Shown: positions 31,501 to 40,659 of the stretch, piece by piece
Numbering within the stretch: the first letter of the stretch is position 1
Layout of the letters: each line of letters starts with the position of its first letter
DNA from: Porphyridium purpureum
Lineage: Eukaryota
Direction of reading: 5' to 3'
DNA length: 64,000 nt
NCBI GenBank assembly: GCA_008690995.1
Contig: VRMN01000014.1
Span: 186,001-250,000 of the forward strand
Translations under genes and position numbers: made by a program
The notes under the pieces: generated by a model
What the model was told of the DNA's origin: nothing
Database searches by the model: none
Seen by the model: the letters and a program-made list of their open reading frames with translations, nothing else

Positions 31501-33777
31501 GGGGCAGCGCTGGACGTCGGCGCACGCGCAAGGCACGGAAGCGGTTCAGAAGCCTTGATGACAGTGAAGCAAGACGCTGGTGTGTGCAAAGAATTTGAAT
31601 TGTACATCCCAACCAATCCGCATCTTTCGGTAACACTCTGGTGCTATGAAATCCTGGACAACACCGTGCAGGACTCGGGCATTTTTCATGCTGGCAGATG
31701 GGCTTTAGACGAGCGTTTCGGGCTCGCGTTCGGAACGTGCATGGAGCATGTACTAGCATGTATGCGCGCCTACGGTGCCGGCGGGAGGCAGCTCGTATTT
31801 TCGGACGACAGCGATGAGAGCACCGAAAGTGCCGCTGAGATTGAGCTCAAAGCGGCATCGACCGCATTCAAAGCGGACGTGAATGCCACGGAGATGGAAG
31901 CCTTGCGCAAGTACTCGCTTCGTGCCCGAGCGATCGCGTCTAGCCGCATATCGGAGGTCGTTGTGAGAGAGACCAAGCGAACCGATTTGGAAGAGGCGTT
32001 TGAGGAGTTTGGCATAGAGGTCGTGAATGAGCAAGACGTGGGTGGGAAAGAGAGCGATGAGTATGAGTCAGCGCAGGTAAGACAAGGTATTCAGACCTTG
32101 GCGAGTGAAGGTATCATGGCGAACCTCGGTTACTTTTTCATTCCATTGCAGACACGTGGTTCGGCGGGCATCGACTGGGACAAGGTTGACGAGCTCAACA
32201 GATTTGATATGGACAACGAGGAGTATCAACGCCAAATCTACCACAGGCGGATAGATGACGATATTCTACCACAAGCTCCAACTGAGTACGAGTACAAGGT
32301 GGTGATGTCCTGGAGCTCGCGGAGGTCCGAGTTTGTTGTTTATTACTCCACCTCGTTAATACCAGGAAGCAAAAGTGGGCGCCGTGTGTCTTGCTGGCGA
32401 AGCTGTCCCTTGGATGCGCCTCCTTTGCTTCGGGTGAATTTCAACCAGGCGCGCAGGCTGATGGATCCCGGTGTGACGAGCTCGAAAGAGACTGTTGCGC
32501 TGAGAAAACAGCTTCGTGTGCACACGCTGTTCTGCACGCTGCCCTGCGCTTCCTTACTCGTTTTGCCGCTCGCTGTTTCAGCGTGCCGCTTGCTCAAGGC
32601 CCTTCCGGGATGGGAAAGAAACGTTGCAGTGCTGTCTTTGAAGCTGTCGTTGCCGAGCCCGTACATTCATAGGCTTCCGAATAGCCTGTTTCAGTGCTGC
32701 TTGACCACCAAGAAGGGCCAGGAGTACATCCATACATCGTATGAAAGGCACGAATTTCTTGGCGATCTCGTGCTCAAGACCATTGCCACACGCTACTGCT
32801 TTTTCAAAGATGCTAGGTATACGCCTGCGGACATTCAAGAACACCGCAAGAAAATCATCCGGAATGATTCGCTCAAGGACAGGGCGCTCGCCTGGAAAAT
32901 GGGCGCATGCGTGAACTTGTTGAACAGTGGGCTAGACAAGCTGAAAACGTGTCCGTACGTGTTCGGAGTGGCAACAGGCCTGACGTTCTCGATCTCGCTC
33001 AAAGTATTAGCGGACGTCGTGGAGGCCGTGGTTGGTGCGGTGCTCAGTGAGAACCAGTACGACGCCTTGTCTGCGCTTGACGTCCTTCAGTCGCTCGACG
33101 TTTTACCTCCGGATGGTCGCGACGTGATTCTTCATAACCAGGTGCAGTGCCCAAGTGCGGATGAGCTCATGCAGCGGTTTGATATGCCGCACCTGAGAGG
33201 CGCAAGGCAGCTTCGCGAGGTTATCAACACGGCGTTCCTAAAAGCCGAGTCGATTCTTGGCTATGCATTTTCAGAACGTGTGCTGCTCTTGCAGGCCATC
33301 ATCAGTCCGGTAACAGGGCTCGGATTTGACTATGAGCGCCTGGAGTCGCTGGGCGACGCGATTATGGGGCACATTATCGGTTGCTTTTTGTTCTACCATT
33401 TTCCGGATTTTGGTCCCGACCAGCTCACGGAACATTTCCAGGAACTTGTGTCCAACCGCAATCTGCGCGAAATCGTGCACGCGTCAGGCCTTGATGAGGT
33501 ACTCATCACGACGCAAAGTACCGAGAATATCGGCGACGCCATCGTGCACTCGAAAATGTATGCGGACGTGCTCGAGTCGCTGTTGGGCGCCATTTACGTG
33601 GACCTGAAATGCGTCGATCCGCTGGATCCGACCCTGCGGAACATTGTGCTGCGCCTGTTCAGGCCTGGCCTGGATGAGGTGGCCAAAAAGAACAGCAAAG
33701 TGTTAGACTGGAGCGCGTTGCTGCCCTGTCCAACGCCGTTTTCTGTGGAAACAGAAGCAGGAGACGAGAGGCTGTGA
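28588..33777 (+). CDS. DCL: Dicer-like protein (DExH helicase + 2 RNase III domains)
   Basis: LPTGAGKT, DEAHH, LSAT, STSVLEEGLDI, QCRGRAR; RNase III signatures ERHEFLGD...LADVVEA and ERLESLGD...YADVLES. Confidence 0.93.
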   Translation: MPQLDQGQRLDEDQGQQCSKTPANARLKAVLDTLAESPRPYQVSLIEQAVENNAIITLPTGAGKTLVAVGVILYRHETLGQARDVLQHGTKHGICVERTASTPQQEQLSSWHKSSTVDSKHERVSHGSRQDVTVLATARTVSVHSHDSDQLGMQETPSCAEVEAEQTVIQENTGRAVSRSHETSPASASEKRKHDESGQVSTPDSKRMHMDYNSVAANKVSSDAVHLVEAERSPRAYAGTSNMSNRMRQIYDSPPPQPPAPARRIAAMVVPRKPLVSQQAKYIRRLSGLRVSEFHGDLSGTEHFRGRRVSMSSSSTRSQYVVDVQQWSPERWKLVLQESDVIVLTPQLLLDCLRHSMLCFEEIHTLVLDEAHHATKNNPYRCLMVEFYALFKRNVEVYNWSADILPRVVGLSATPVKNMKCKDDPEANALEELQKLEDCLDAKIPNLRKSHREFIENGLHKPLELVVSYQPSLQRAIDLTMFDPESARHDAASLVLGEMDAMVMELCQLDFEDAEQEAAALVTGQYSPTRSLLAMFEHISQNIGHDAARAFWNAFAWEILGTDDAAEIYSSHLQHLEGTRASLSCKTIELLRILSLEVSRTQSTGAYPCCLVFVSMRCTAWALHHVLEERIRAAAAASNDAARLRPSFVTGQGKFLRKLKRQDGDARLFYLSKQIENIRLGQQGFSLLRQKKELQRFRMGDVNVLVSTSVLEEGLDIADCNTVIMADGIRNSLQYIQCRGRARAPESTFIVLVPEGDPDIMRRMNESKINDGILSKILHGDLTNEKNSSIVKWNGLWGLFEGPGGYLESATTRARVPAQALTALLHRYMNTHRVFDSGRAGSEFGFTTLLREQRPSNDDAENGLVRSTVNGGVHVEYVPNNPHLDPDAQPVLNPKIEIREIRDDCQRLWNVAGIPTRLGWLEVCLSSTQEGILRKRDINNVLHLRLARRLVELDELDEYLLPADRALQDRTGAALDVGARARHGSGSEALMTVKQDAGVCKEFELYIPTNPHLSVTLWCYEILDNTVQDSGIFHAGRWALDERFGLAFGTCMEHVLACMRAYGAGGRQLVFSDDSDESTESAAEIELKAASTAFKADVNATEMEALRKYSLRARAIASSRISEVVVRETKRTDLEEAFEEFGIEVVNEQDVGGKESDEYESAQVRQGIQTLASEGIMANLGYFFIPLQTRGSAGIDWDKVDELNRFDMDNEEYQRQIYHRRIDDDILPQAPTEYEYKVVMSWSSRRSEFVVYYSTSLIPGSKSGRRVSCWRSCPLDAPPLLRVNFNQARRLMDPGVTSSKETVALRKQLRVHTLFCTLPCASLLVLPLAVSACRLLKALPGWERNVAVLSLKLSLPSPYIHRLPNSLFQCCLTTKKGQEYIHTSYERHEFLGDLVLKTIATRYCFFKDARYTPADIQEHRKKIIRNDSLKDRALAWKMGACVNLLNSGLDKLKTCPYVFGVATGLTFSISLKVLADVVEAVVGAVLSENQYDALSALDVLQSLDVLPPDGRDVILHNQVQCPSADELMQRFDMPHLRGARQLREVINTAFLKAESILGYAFSERVLLLQAIISPVTGLGFDYERLESLGDAIMGHIIGCFLFYHFPDFGPDQLTEHFQELVSNRNLREIVHASGLDEVLITTQSTENIGDAIVHSKMYADVLESLLGAIYVDLKCVDPLDPTLRNIVLRLFRPGLDEVAKKNSKVLDWSALLPCPTPFSVETEAGDERL

Positions 33778-33986
33778 TATCCGACCCAAGTGATTTACTT
33801 TGAATTGGTTGGACCCATACGACTTTCTCGAACAGAATGGTACTGTCCGGGAGCTACAACACCTAGATGAGCACTCCTGAAGAGACACAGATATGCGCAC
33901 ACAGAGCAGCGGGGCCACGACATGCTGGCGCGCACCATTCGCGCAGAACGTGTCTGCCAAGTCGCTCTGTGGTACACACACCTCGG

Positions 33987-34379
33987 CTACTCTATAAACT
34001 CGCGCGGACCATTTCGAATGGGAGCCGCCTTGCCAGACGTCTCGCGCACTTTGGAAGTCCTTTTGACGCACAATCAAACACACCACGAAGATCACCCATG
34101 CCGAGCGCAAGAGACGCCGCACGCAAGAAAAGAAACCGCACTTGGTTAGAACCCGGTCAAACCCCCCAACAACCGCACACGCCAGTCCAAGAACCGCACA
34201 CAGGCGCACGCGACCAGCATGAATCACAGGCGCGCCGCACAAAACATGCCACGCCACAATACGGAGACGTCGCTACTCCTGACACCCCGCAGACAAACGC
34301 GGCACCCCCAAACTTACTTTCCTGCGCCAGCGCCCGTCAGGTACGACTGGTAGTACGGCGAGCGCACATCATAGATCAT
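33987..34379 (-). CDS. Spliced 44-aa wound-inducible basic protein (Wound_ind family) homologue; exons 34379-34318 and 34059-33987
   Basis: Exon 1 encodes MIYDVRSPYYQSYLTGAGAG, resembling the plant N-terminus MIYDVNSPLFRSFL (recalled). GTAAGT donor at 34317, CTAAC branch point near 34149, pyrimidine tract, AAG acceptor at 34060. Joined product: MIYDVRSPYYQSYLTGAGAGKTSKVRETSGKAAPIRNGPREFIE. Confidence 0.75.
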
Positions 34380-34960
34380 GTTGAGGCCTTTGAGACGCGC
34401 GCTGCTCGCGATGACCACCGTCCACGCGTCGCACACAACCCAGCAACAAACACACAACAACAACACCGACACACCCGCACGCACTCGCCACCCGCATCCC
34501 GCCGCGCCGCCAAACTTTTTTCCCGGCGCCGCCGCGAACTCGAGCGGAGGTACAGCTAGGGTTTCTGTGTGTACAGTGAGCGCTGGAAGGTACAGTTTGT
34601 GTTCAAACGTTGCACAGTTTGTTGCGAGTCAAGCTGCTTGTGCGCGCTTCGCCTCCGGGGCGAATGGTGTGCCAAGTGAAGAATCACGGAGGCCGACAGG
34701 TCGGTGCGAAAGAGCGGAGGCGATGCGCCGAATTGTGCGCTCGAGCGGAGCTGGAAGAATCATGGAGGTTTGTGGGTGACGTGGTTTTACGAGCAGGGTG
34801 TCAATGGAGTCTGCACAGGCCGGATGGACGGGTGAATGCGAAGAGCCGCGCAAACGTAGAGCGCGTAGCATCATAAGTTTGCACTCTGGAGTGTCGAGTA
34901 GAAGCTCGAGTGTTGTTTAATCACACCCTTCTTTGAGTGACAAGTTCTTAACACTTTTTC

Positions 34961-35233
34961 CGTGATTTGCGGGTCAAGCTGTACCCCAGTATCGAGCGCC
35001 GGTGGCTACGAGGTTGTCGATTGCAGTCGGCGGCGGCGCCGCGCGAGTACTTAAACAGCGCCCATGCGCTTCATCGTAGATACTCCCATAAGGCTTCGAG
35101 TCAGAGGAGATCGTGGTACCGACTGAAGTAGGTGGTCTTTGTTATTTGTTTTAGTCTAATCTTCTCGGCAGCGAACTTCGCTTCGCTGTTCCTACATCAC
35201 TAGTACTAAGCCTACCACTAGTAAGGCTTCTTG
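34961..35233 (+). repeat. 5' LTR of the inner element
   Basis: Colinear with 40115-40387 and the same length (273 bp); differences are mostly transitions. Confidence 0.92.
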
Positions 35234-35244
35234 GGTTATGAGCC
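35234..35244 (+). promoter_or_regulatory. Primer-binding site complementary to the anticodon arm of tRNA-iMet (half-tRNA priming, as in copia/Ty5)
   Basis: GGTTATGAGCC lies directly after the LTR; the Drosophila copia PBS begins GGTTATGGGCC. Confidence 0.8.
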
Positions 35245-38200
35245 TATTTGCTATCCTCGCGACTGTGGTCCTCTCTCTCACCATCCTCCTTTATTTACTA
35301 TCCGCGGATTTGGCTCTGCCTGCACAGCAAGAGCAACTCGGGCAAGCGCGACATGTAAGACTGCTCACGGAGCAGGCGTGCGCAGAGCAGCGACTGGAAG
35401 TTCTAGAGGAACCCGTTGCCAACTATCGGCCATACACGAGCGCGGCTCGTAAAGGCGATCGCGCAATCCGGCGAAGAATCGCCGAAACTGAGAGCGAGGA
35501 GCAGCAAATGCTGTAGCAAAACGACTCGTGCACAAACGCACAGAGCAACGGGATCTCCACAATGGAATCAAGTCAGAAGACCCCCACCAGGCTCGAGCAG
35601 GAGCGCAACGGCGCAAACCCGCGAGCCGAAGCAGTGTCGCAAGTCAAAGCCGCGCCAATGGCGACAAATCTTGGGGACAGGGATGCACTCGCGGTCGGCG
35701 CGTGGTGTGATACCGCTAGCGAGCGGATCTCCATCCAGGTCCAAGAGGAGTATCGCGCCGGCTCTCATCCGTGGGATGATGATGCTGAACAGAAGTGTGT
35801 GCGTATCGCCGCCTCCTTCTTTCATGGGGCGTCTAGGCTTTGGTGGTCAGTGCTTGACCCAAAGCCTGTCCGGTTTGATGACTTCTTGCAGGCGTTCAGG
35901 CGGGAATTCGAACCCATCGCCTCGGACCAGGTCGCGCGTGACAGGCTTGCCGCTTGTGCGCAGCGCAACCGCAGCGTCCACGACTACGCAAACGATTTCG
36001 GAAACTGTCTGCTCAGGCTCCCGTCGGTCGGTGATTCCGAGCGGCTCGATCGTTTTGTGCGCGGTCTGCAGAGCAAGATTCAAATTCAGGTGATGTCAAC
36101 GCAGCCTGCATCATACCACGAGGCGCTTCGCGCCGCATTGGCAGTCGACGCCGTATTTCGACAGAGCGTACACGCGTCAGCATTTACTGAAAAATACGCA
36201 GCGCCAATGGACCTTGGATCGGCTGGGGCTCCGCGCCGGCAGACACGAGCACCGAACAGAAAAAGCAAGAAACGCCCGAAGAACCAGCAGCGCACCGTGC
36301 CGAGGAGCGCATCGCATGCACCGTCGACCCTCCGCGCTGGAGCGGATACGTGTCAAAATTGTGGACGTCGCGGCCACTGGGCCGCCAAATGCACCCACAA
36401 ATTGGTTGCCGCGGAGTTTGAGATTGGCGCGGCCGCATTCGTGAAGTCAGACTTGATCCGATTGCCCGTTTTCATCAATGGCCACGCATCGATACCGGCG
36501 CATCCGCGACATTTGTGTCTGAGGCGGTGTGCAACAAGCTCAGAGTCCCTTTCACGAAAAGCGGGTCGAACGGGCCACGAATTCGTCTGGCCGATGGACG
36601 CACCAAGCCAATCACGGGCAAAGCGTCGTTCTTGCTTACGGTGCCAGGCATCGTCGAAGAACGCACAGAGGCATGGGTGCACAGCGGGCACCATGCAATG
36701 ATCCTTGGTCTCGACTGGCTCAACGAGCACCAGGCCAAGCTGCAGGTCGGCGGCAAGATCTTGCTGGATGTCTCTACTCCAAGACAATACACAAGGAACG
36801 CCGCTAACGCAAGGACACCGGATACTTTGGAATGTGCCGCGACCAATGAGCAAAATGAAAGCAGCGGGGGCACGGTCGGCATTGAGCACGAGGTGCTCCA
36901 CATGCCTGCACGCGCTGATTGCGATGCCTGTCAGGCATCCAAGCTTCAGACCATGCGCGCACCACGCCGCACGCAAACGCCCCAGTTCGCTGGGTTCAAC
37001 GATATCGTTTCCGTCGACCTAGTCGATCCGACTACGTACGGTATCTGCGGCGCGAGATTGCTCCTGACGCACAGGGATGCGGCTACCGGGTGGCTTGTTG
37101 AGGTACCTTTGGCGAACAAGACCGCGGAAAGCGCGTTGACCGCTTTCCTTGATATACAAAGCGGTCGCGGATGGCCGCGGCTCGTCAGGAGTAACGAGGG
37201 CCGCGAGTTCCAGGGCGCGTTCGAGGTTGCACTGCAGGCCAATCTCGCAGTCCACGAATCCGGGCCAGCGCACCGACCAAATACGCACGCAACGCACGAA
37301 CGCGTGCACTGGGACCTCAATGCAGGAGTACGCGCGCTGCTGCTAACCGCCGGGCTCGAGCCGGAATGGCTCACGTTTGCCGCAAAGTATTGGGCCAACG
37401 CACGTAATGCCGCCTGGAAGAGCAAGGATGGCATCGCGCCGTATCAGGCTCGCTACGGACGCAAGTGGGAGCGCGACATCCCGCCTTTCGGCAGTAAAGT
37501 TTATATCATGGCGGCAGAACGCGCCAAATTTCACCCCACGGGCACGCTGTCCCGTGTCATGGGCATCCGATTCCCATCGCCGACCACCAACCGCACCCCG
37601 CTCAACGTTCTTGCAATTCGGCTCGACGAGCTGCACCCCTCAGTCGCCAAGTGGGTGGGAGAGTGGAGCTTGTCAACACGCGTGTTCCCTAGCGAAGAAC
37701 AACACTATAATGAGAGCGCAGTGGATCGGATAATGCCTGAGTGGCATGCAGTGCTCGATTCCGATGGGGATCGGACGCCGGAGTGTGCTCGATCAAAGGA
37801 ACACGGCGAGGAAAACGCGCAAATCCAGCAAGAGCACGACATCGACGTTCCGACCACGACGGCATCAAAGGAGAAGTGTGAGCGACGCTCATGGAGCACA
37901 GAGCTGGATGACGCATTGCGTGCTGGGTGCGTAGCTTATGGACCGAAATGGAAGACCATTTGTGATACAGGTGGCGAGGCGCTGAGCGGAGTCGGGAGCC
38001 TGGCGTTTCGCTCGCACGCGAGCGCAATTGGTCTGCTCGAAGAAAAGGGTACGGGGCTGGGCAAGCACCGACGCGGCCGGACGGCATGGAATATTCGCGC
38101 CCGTCAAGCCGTCCTCAATGTGGCGCAGCAAATGCAATCAGAGAGCGAACGCGCCGCAAGGCGAGAGGGTGCTGCACCGGGCAGCAATAGCTTGCACCTT

Positions 38201-40114
38201 GGTGTGGCCGAAGTAGTATCGTTCGCCACGCATTTACGGACGCACGCGAGATGCCTGGCGTTCACAATAGAAATGGATACGCTCATCAGTAGCGGTGCGC
38301 TACCATTCCAGAAAGCGCTAGGCCAATACGAAGCCGCACGCGTGTAAAACGCGCGGTTCGTTTAGTTGAAGCCGATTCTCGCCATCAAGAACAGCGAGAT
38401 GCCGCCGGGACACCGAATGCTTAAATGCCGCATCGTGGCGCAGGGTTGCCACATCACGGATGTGGATGGCAAACGCGCACCGCCTGGAACACCATAATCT
38501 GACCACCCGCCTGGTCTTTCCAGCATGTGCGCAGCTGTGTCCGTCGCACTGCGTGTGCACGGCGCTGCAGCTGATGCATTCTTTTTTGATATCAATGCCG
38601 TGTATGTTCACGCGCCATTGAGAGGCAACCCCACGTTCGCGTATTTCAAATCTCTGGTGCCGTTTTTGGAGGGAATCGTGACACGTCACGTTCTGCAGAA
38701 GATCGCAAATTCGAAGGACCCTGTGGTCCCGTTGCCGTTGGCACTATACGGTCTGCTGCGTGCAGGTTTTGATTATTCCGCAAGCGTTCGCCAGAAACTG
38801 TGCGCCGCCCATTGGCGCGAGTCTGCGGCAGACAAGAACCTTTACCGGCGTCGGCGCGGCGGAGTGCTAAAAGTGCTGGTGCTTTACGTCGATGAAGAAG
38901 CCAGTTTGCGCACCACTGCCTCGGTAACCGAGGCCATGCACGAGCTGGTGCGCATGTTCAGGATCACAAAGAGCGCGCAGCTTTTGCCGGAGGGCGCGCG
39001 CGCACGGCCCATACGTTATCTCGGTGTCAACGTGTACCGCCAGGCTGAAGCCTAGATCTTTAATGGTGGGCGAGTACGCCAGATACATCGCCGCGGCCCA
39101 CAAAGGGGGGCACGCGAGGGCGACACCGTTGTCTACACGAATCGAAACGAGCAAGAAATTGAATGCCTGCCCACCGGAAGCGCGCGCTTGCCTGGGCAAG
39201 TTGATGTGGCCATCGCGTACGACACGACCGGATTTGGCATATGCGGTGGCCATGATCGCCAGACACACCGATCCATGGTCAGTAGACGTGCAGCGCGCCA
39301 TGGATGAGTTATTGGTGTATCTCGCGAGGCACGCATATATTACCTTACAATAGGCGGTGCCAAGCACAGGCAACAAGGAGATCAACATTGTCTGCTTTAC
39401 TGATTCAGATCTGGATCCCGGCCGCTCCACGAGTGGCGTCGCTATCTTTCTTGCGTCCGGCGGCAATCGTCAACTTGTCGAGTGGTCGAGCCGCCGCCAG
39501 ATGCGCGTCACTGCGTCAACCGCGGAGGCATCATTGGTGGAAATGCACAGTGCGGTGCAGAACGCGACGTTTCCAATCGCAACATTCCTAGATGATGCAT
39601 TGGCAAAGTGGCCGCGGACAACCGTGCGACGCGATAATGAGAACTCGCTCGGTGCGGTGTCGAAGTGCTTCAGCCCGGTGCAAGTGCATGCAAACAAGAC
39701 CCAGCGCATAAGCCTCGCATGGCTGCACGACATGCAAAGCGAGCATCTCATCGCCTTTGAACACGTGCCCACAAGGGCCAACGTGGCCGACCCATTCACG
39801 AAGCCTGTAAGTGCCGACGTCTTTTGCGGACACGCACGCGCGCGAAGACTGTCATCGTTCCTCCTGTCCCCGTCCACTGGTGATTCGCTTGAAGTAGAGA
39901 TGGCGATGATCTCGCTCCTGCTTTTTAGCGAGCCACGGTCTCATATTGTCCACCCGCTCCGTTGTGAAATTCATGGTATGGCCGTCGCCGGCTGTCCGCC
40001 CCCAGAACGGGGGCGATTCAATATGCGTCCGAGGAACCCATTTGTGGAGGAACCTCATTTTGATATGATAGTGCTTTAGATACGCACACGATATGGGATA
40101 AGCATGAGAGGGCG

Positions 40115-40387
40115 TGTAATTTGGGGGTCAAGCTGTACCCCAGTATCGAGTACCGGTGGCTACGAGGTTGTCGATTGCAGTCAGCAGCGGCGCCGTACAA
40201 GTACTTAAGTAGCGCCCATGCGCTTTATCGTAGATGCTCCCAAAAGGCTTCGCGTTAGAGGAGATCGTGGTGCCGACTAAAGCAGGTAGTCTTTGTTATT
40301 TGTTTTGGACTAGTCTTCTCGGCAGTGAACTTCGCTTCGCTGTTCCTACATCACTAGTACTAAGCCTAACCCTAGTAAGGCTTCTTG
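40115..40387 (+). repeat. 3' LTR of the inner element
   Basis: Starts TGTAAT after the PPT and ends CTTCTTG, like the 5' copy. Confidence 0.92.
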
Positions 40388-40659
40388 CTTACGAAAGTAC
40401 ACTTCTTTACGAAAGACCAAAGGTGTAACGTTTACTTCCCTCTTTCTCAGCCCCTACCTAAGACTAATTTACGAAAGAACGGTCTCTCTGGAAGGTGGAC
40501 GGCTTAAATAATCGGAGGGATGTGAATCGAGGAGCAAGAGGCCGCGATCCCCTGTAGCAGTTTCGACCTCGCTACTCTCGCCGAGCTCCAGGACTCCGGT
40601 GTGCACAGGACTGGACTGTACCTGCTCGCCCTCGTTATTCCTCGACACACCCCCCGGCT

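Larger units (their letters stand above)
34961..40387 (+). mobile_element. Inner LTR retrotransposon: Gypsy-like gag/protease with Copia-order INT-(Myb)-RT-RH, decayed
   Basis: 273-bp LTRs at 34961-35233 and 40115-40387; PBS at 35234; PPT ATGAGAGGGCG; capsid and CCHC in 35562-36701; IDTGAS protease; integrase; RT fragments (LYGL, TRPDLAYAV); RNase H (TDSD, RSTSG, STAEA, ADPFTK). Confidence 0.92.

Noticed and set aside
26299..33777. Functional clustering of Dicer with neighbouring genes or the transposon
   Set aside because: The neighbours are unrelated housekeeping genes; adjacency in a compact genome is not evidence of linkage.
34325..34385. C/D-box snoRNA on the minus strand (ATGATG...CTGA)
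   Set aside because: The boxes are only ~26 nt apart with no terminal stem. The same bases are better explained as exon 1 of the microprotein gene.
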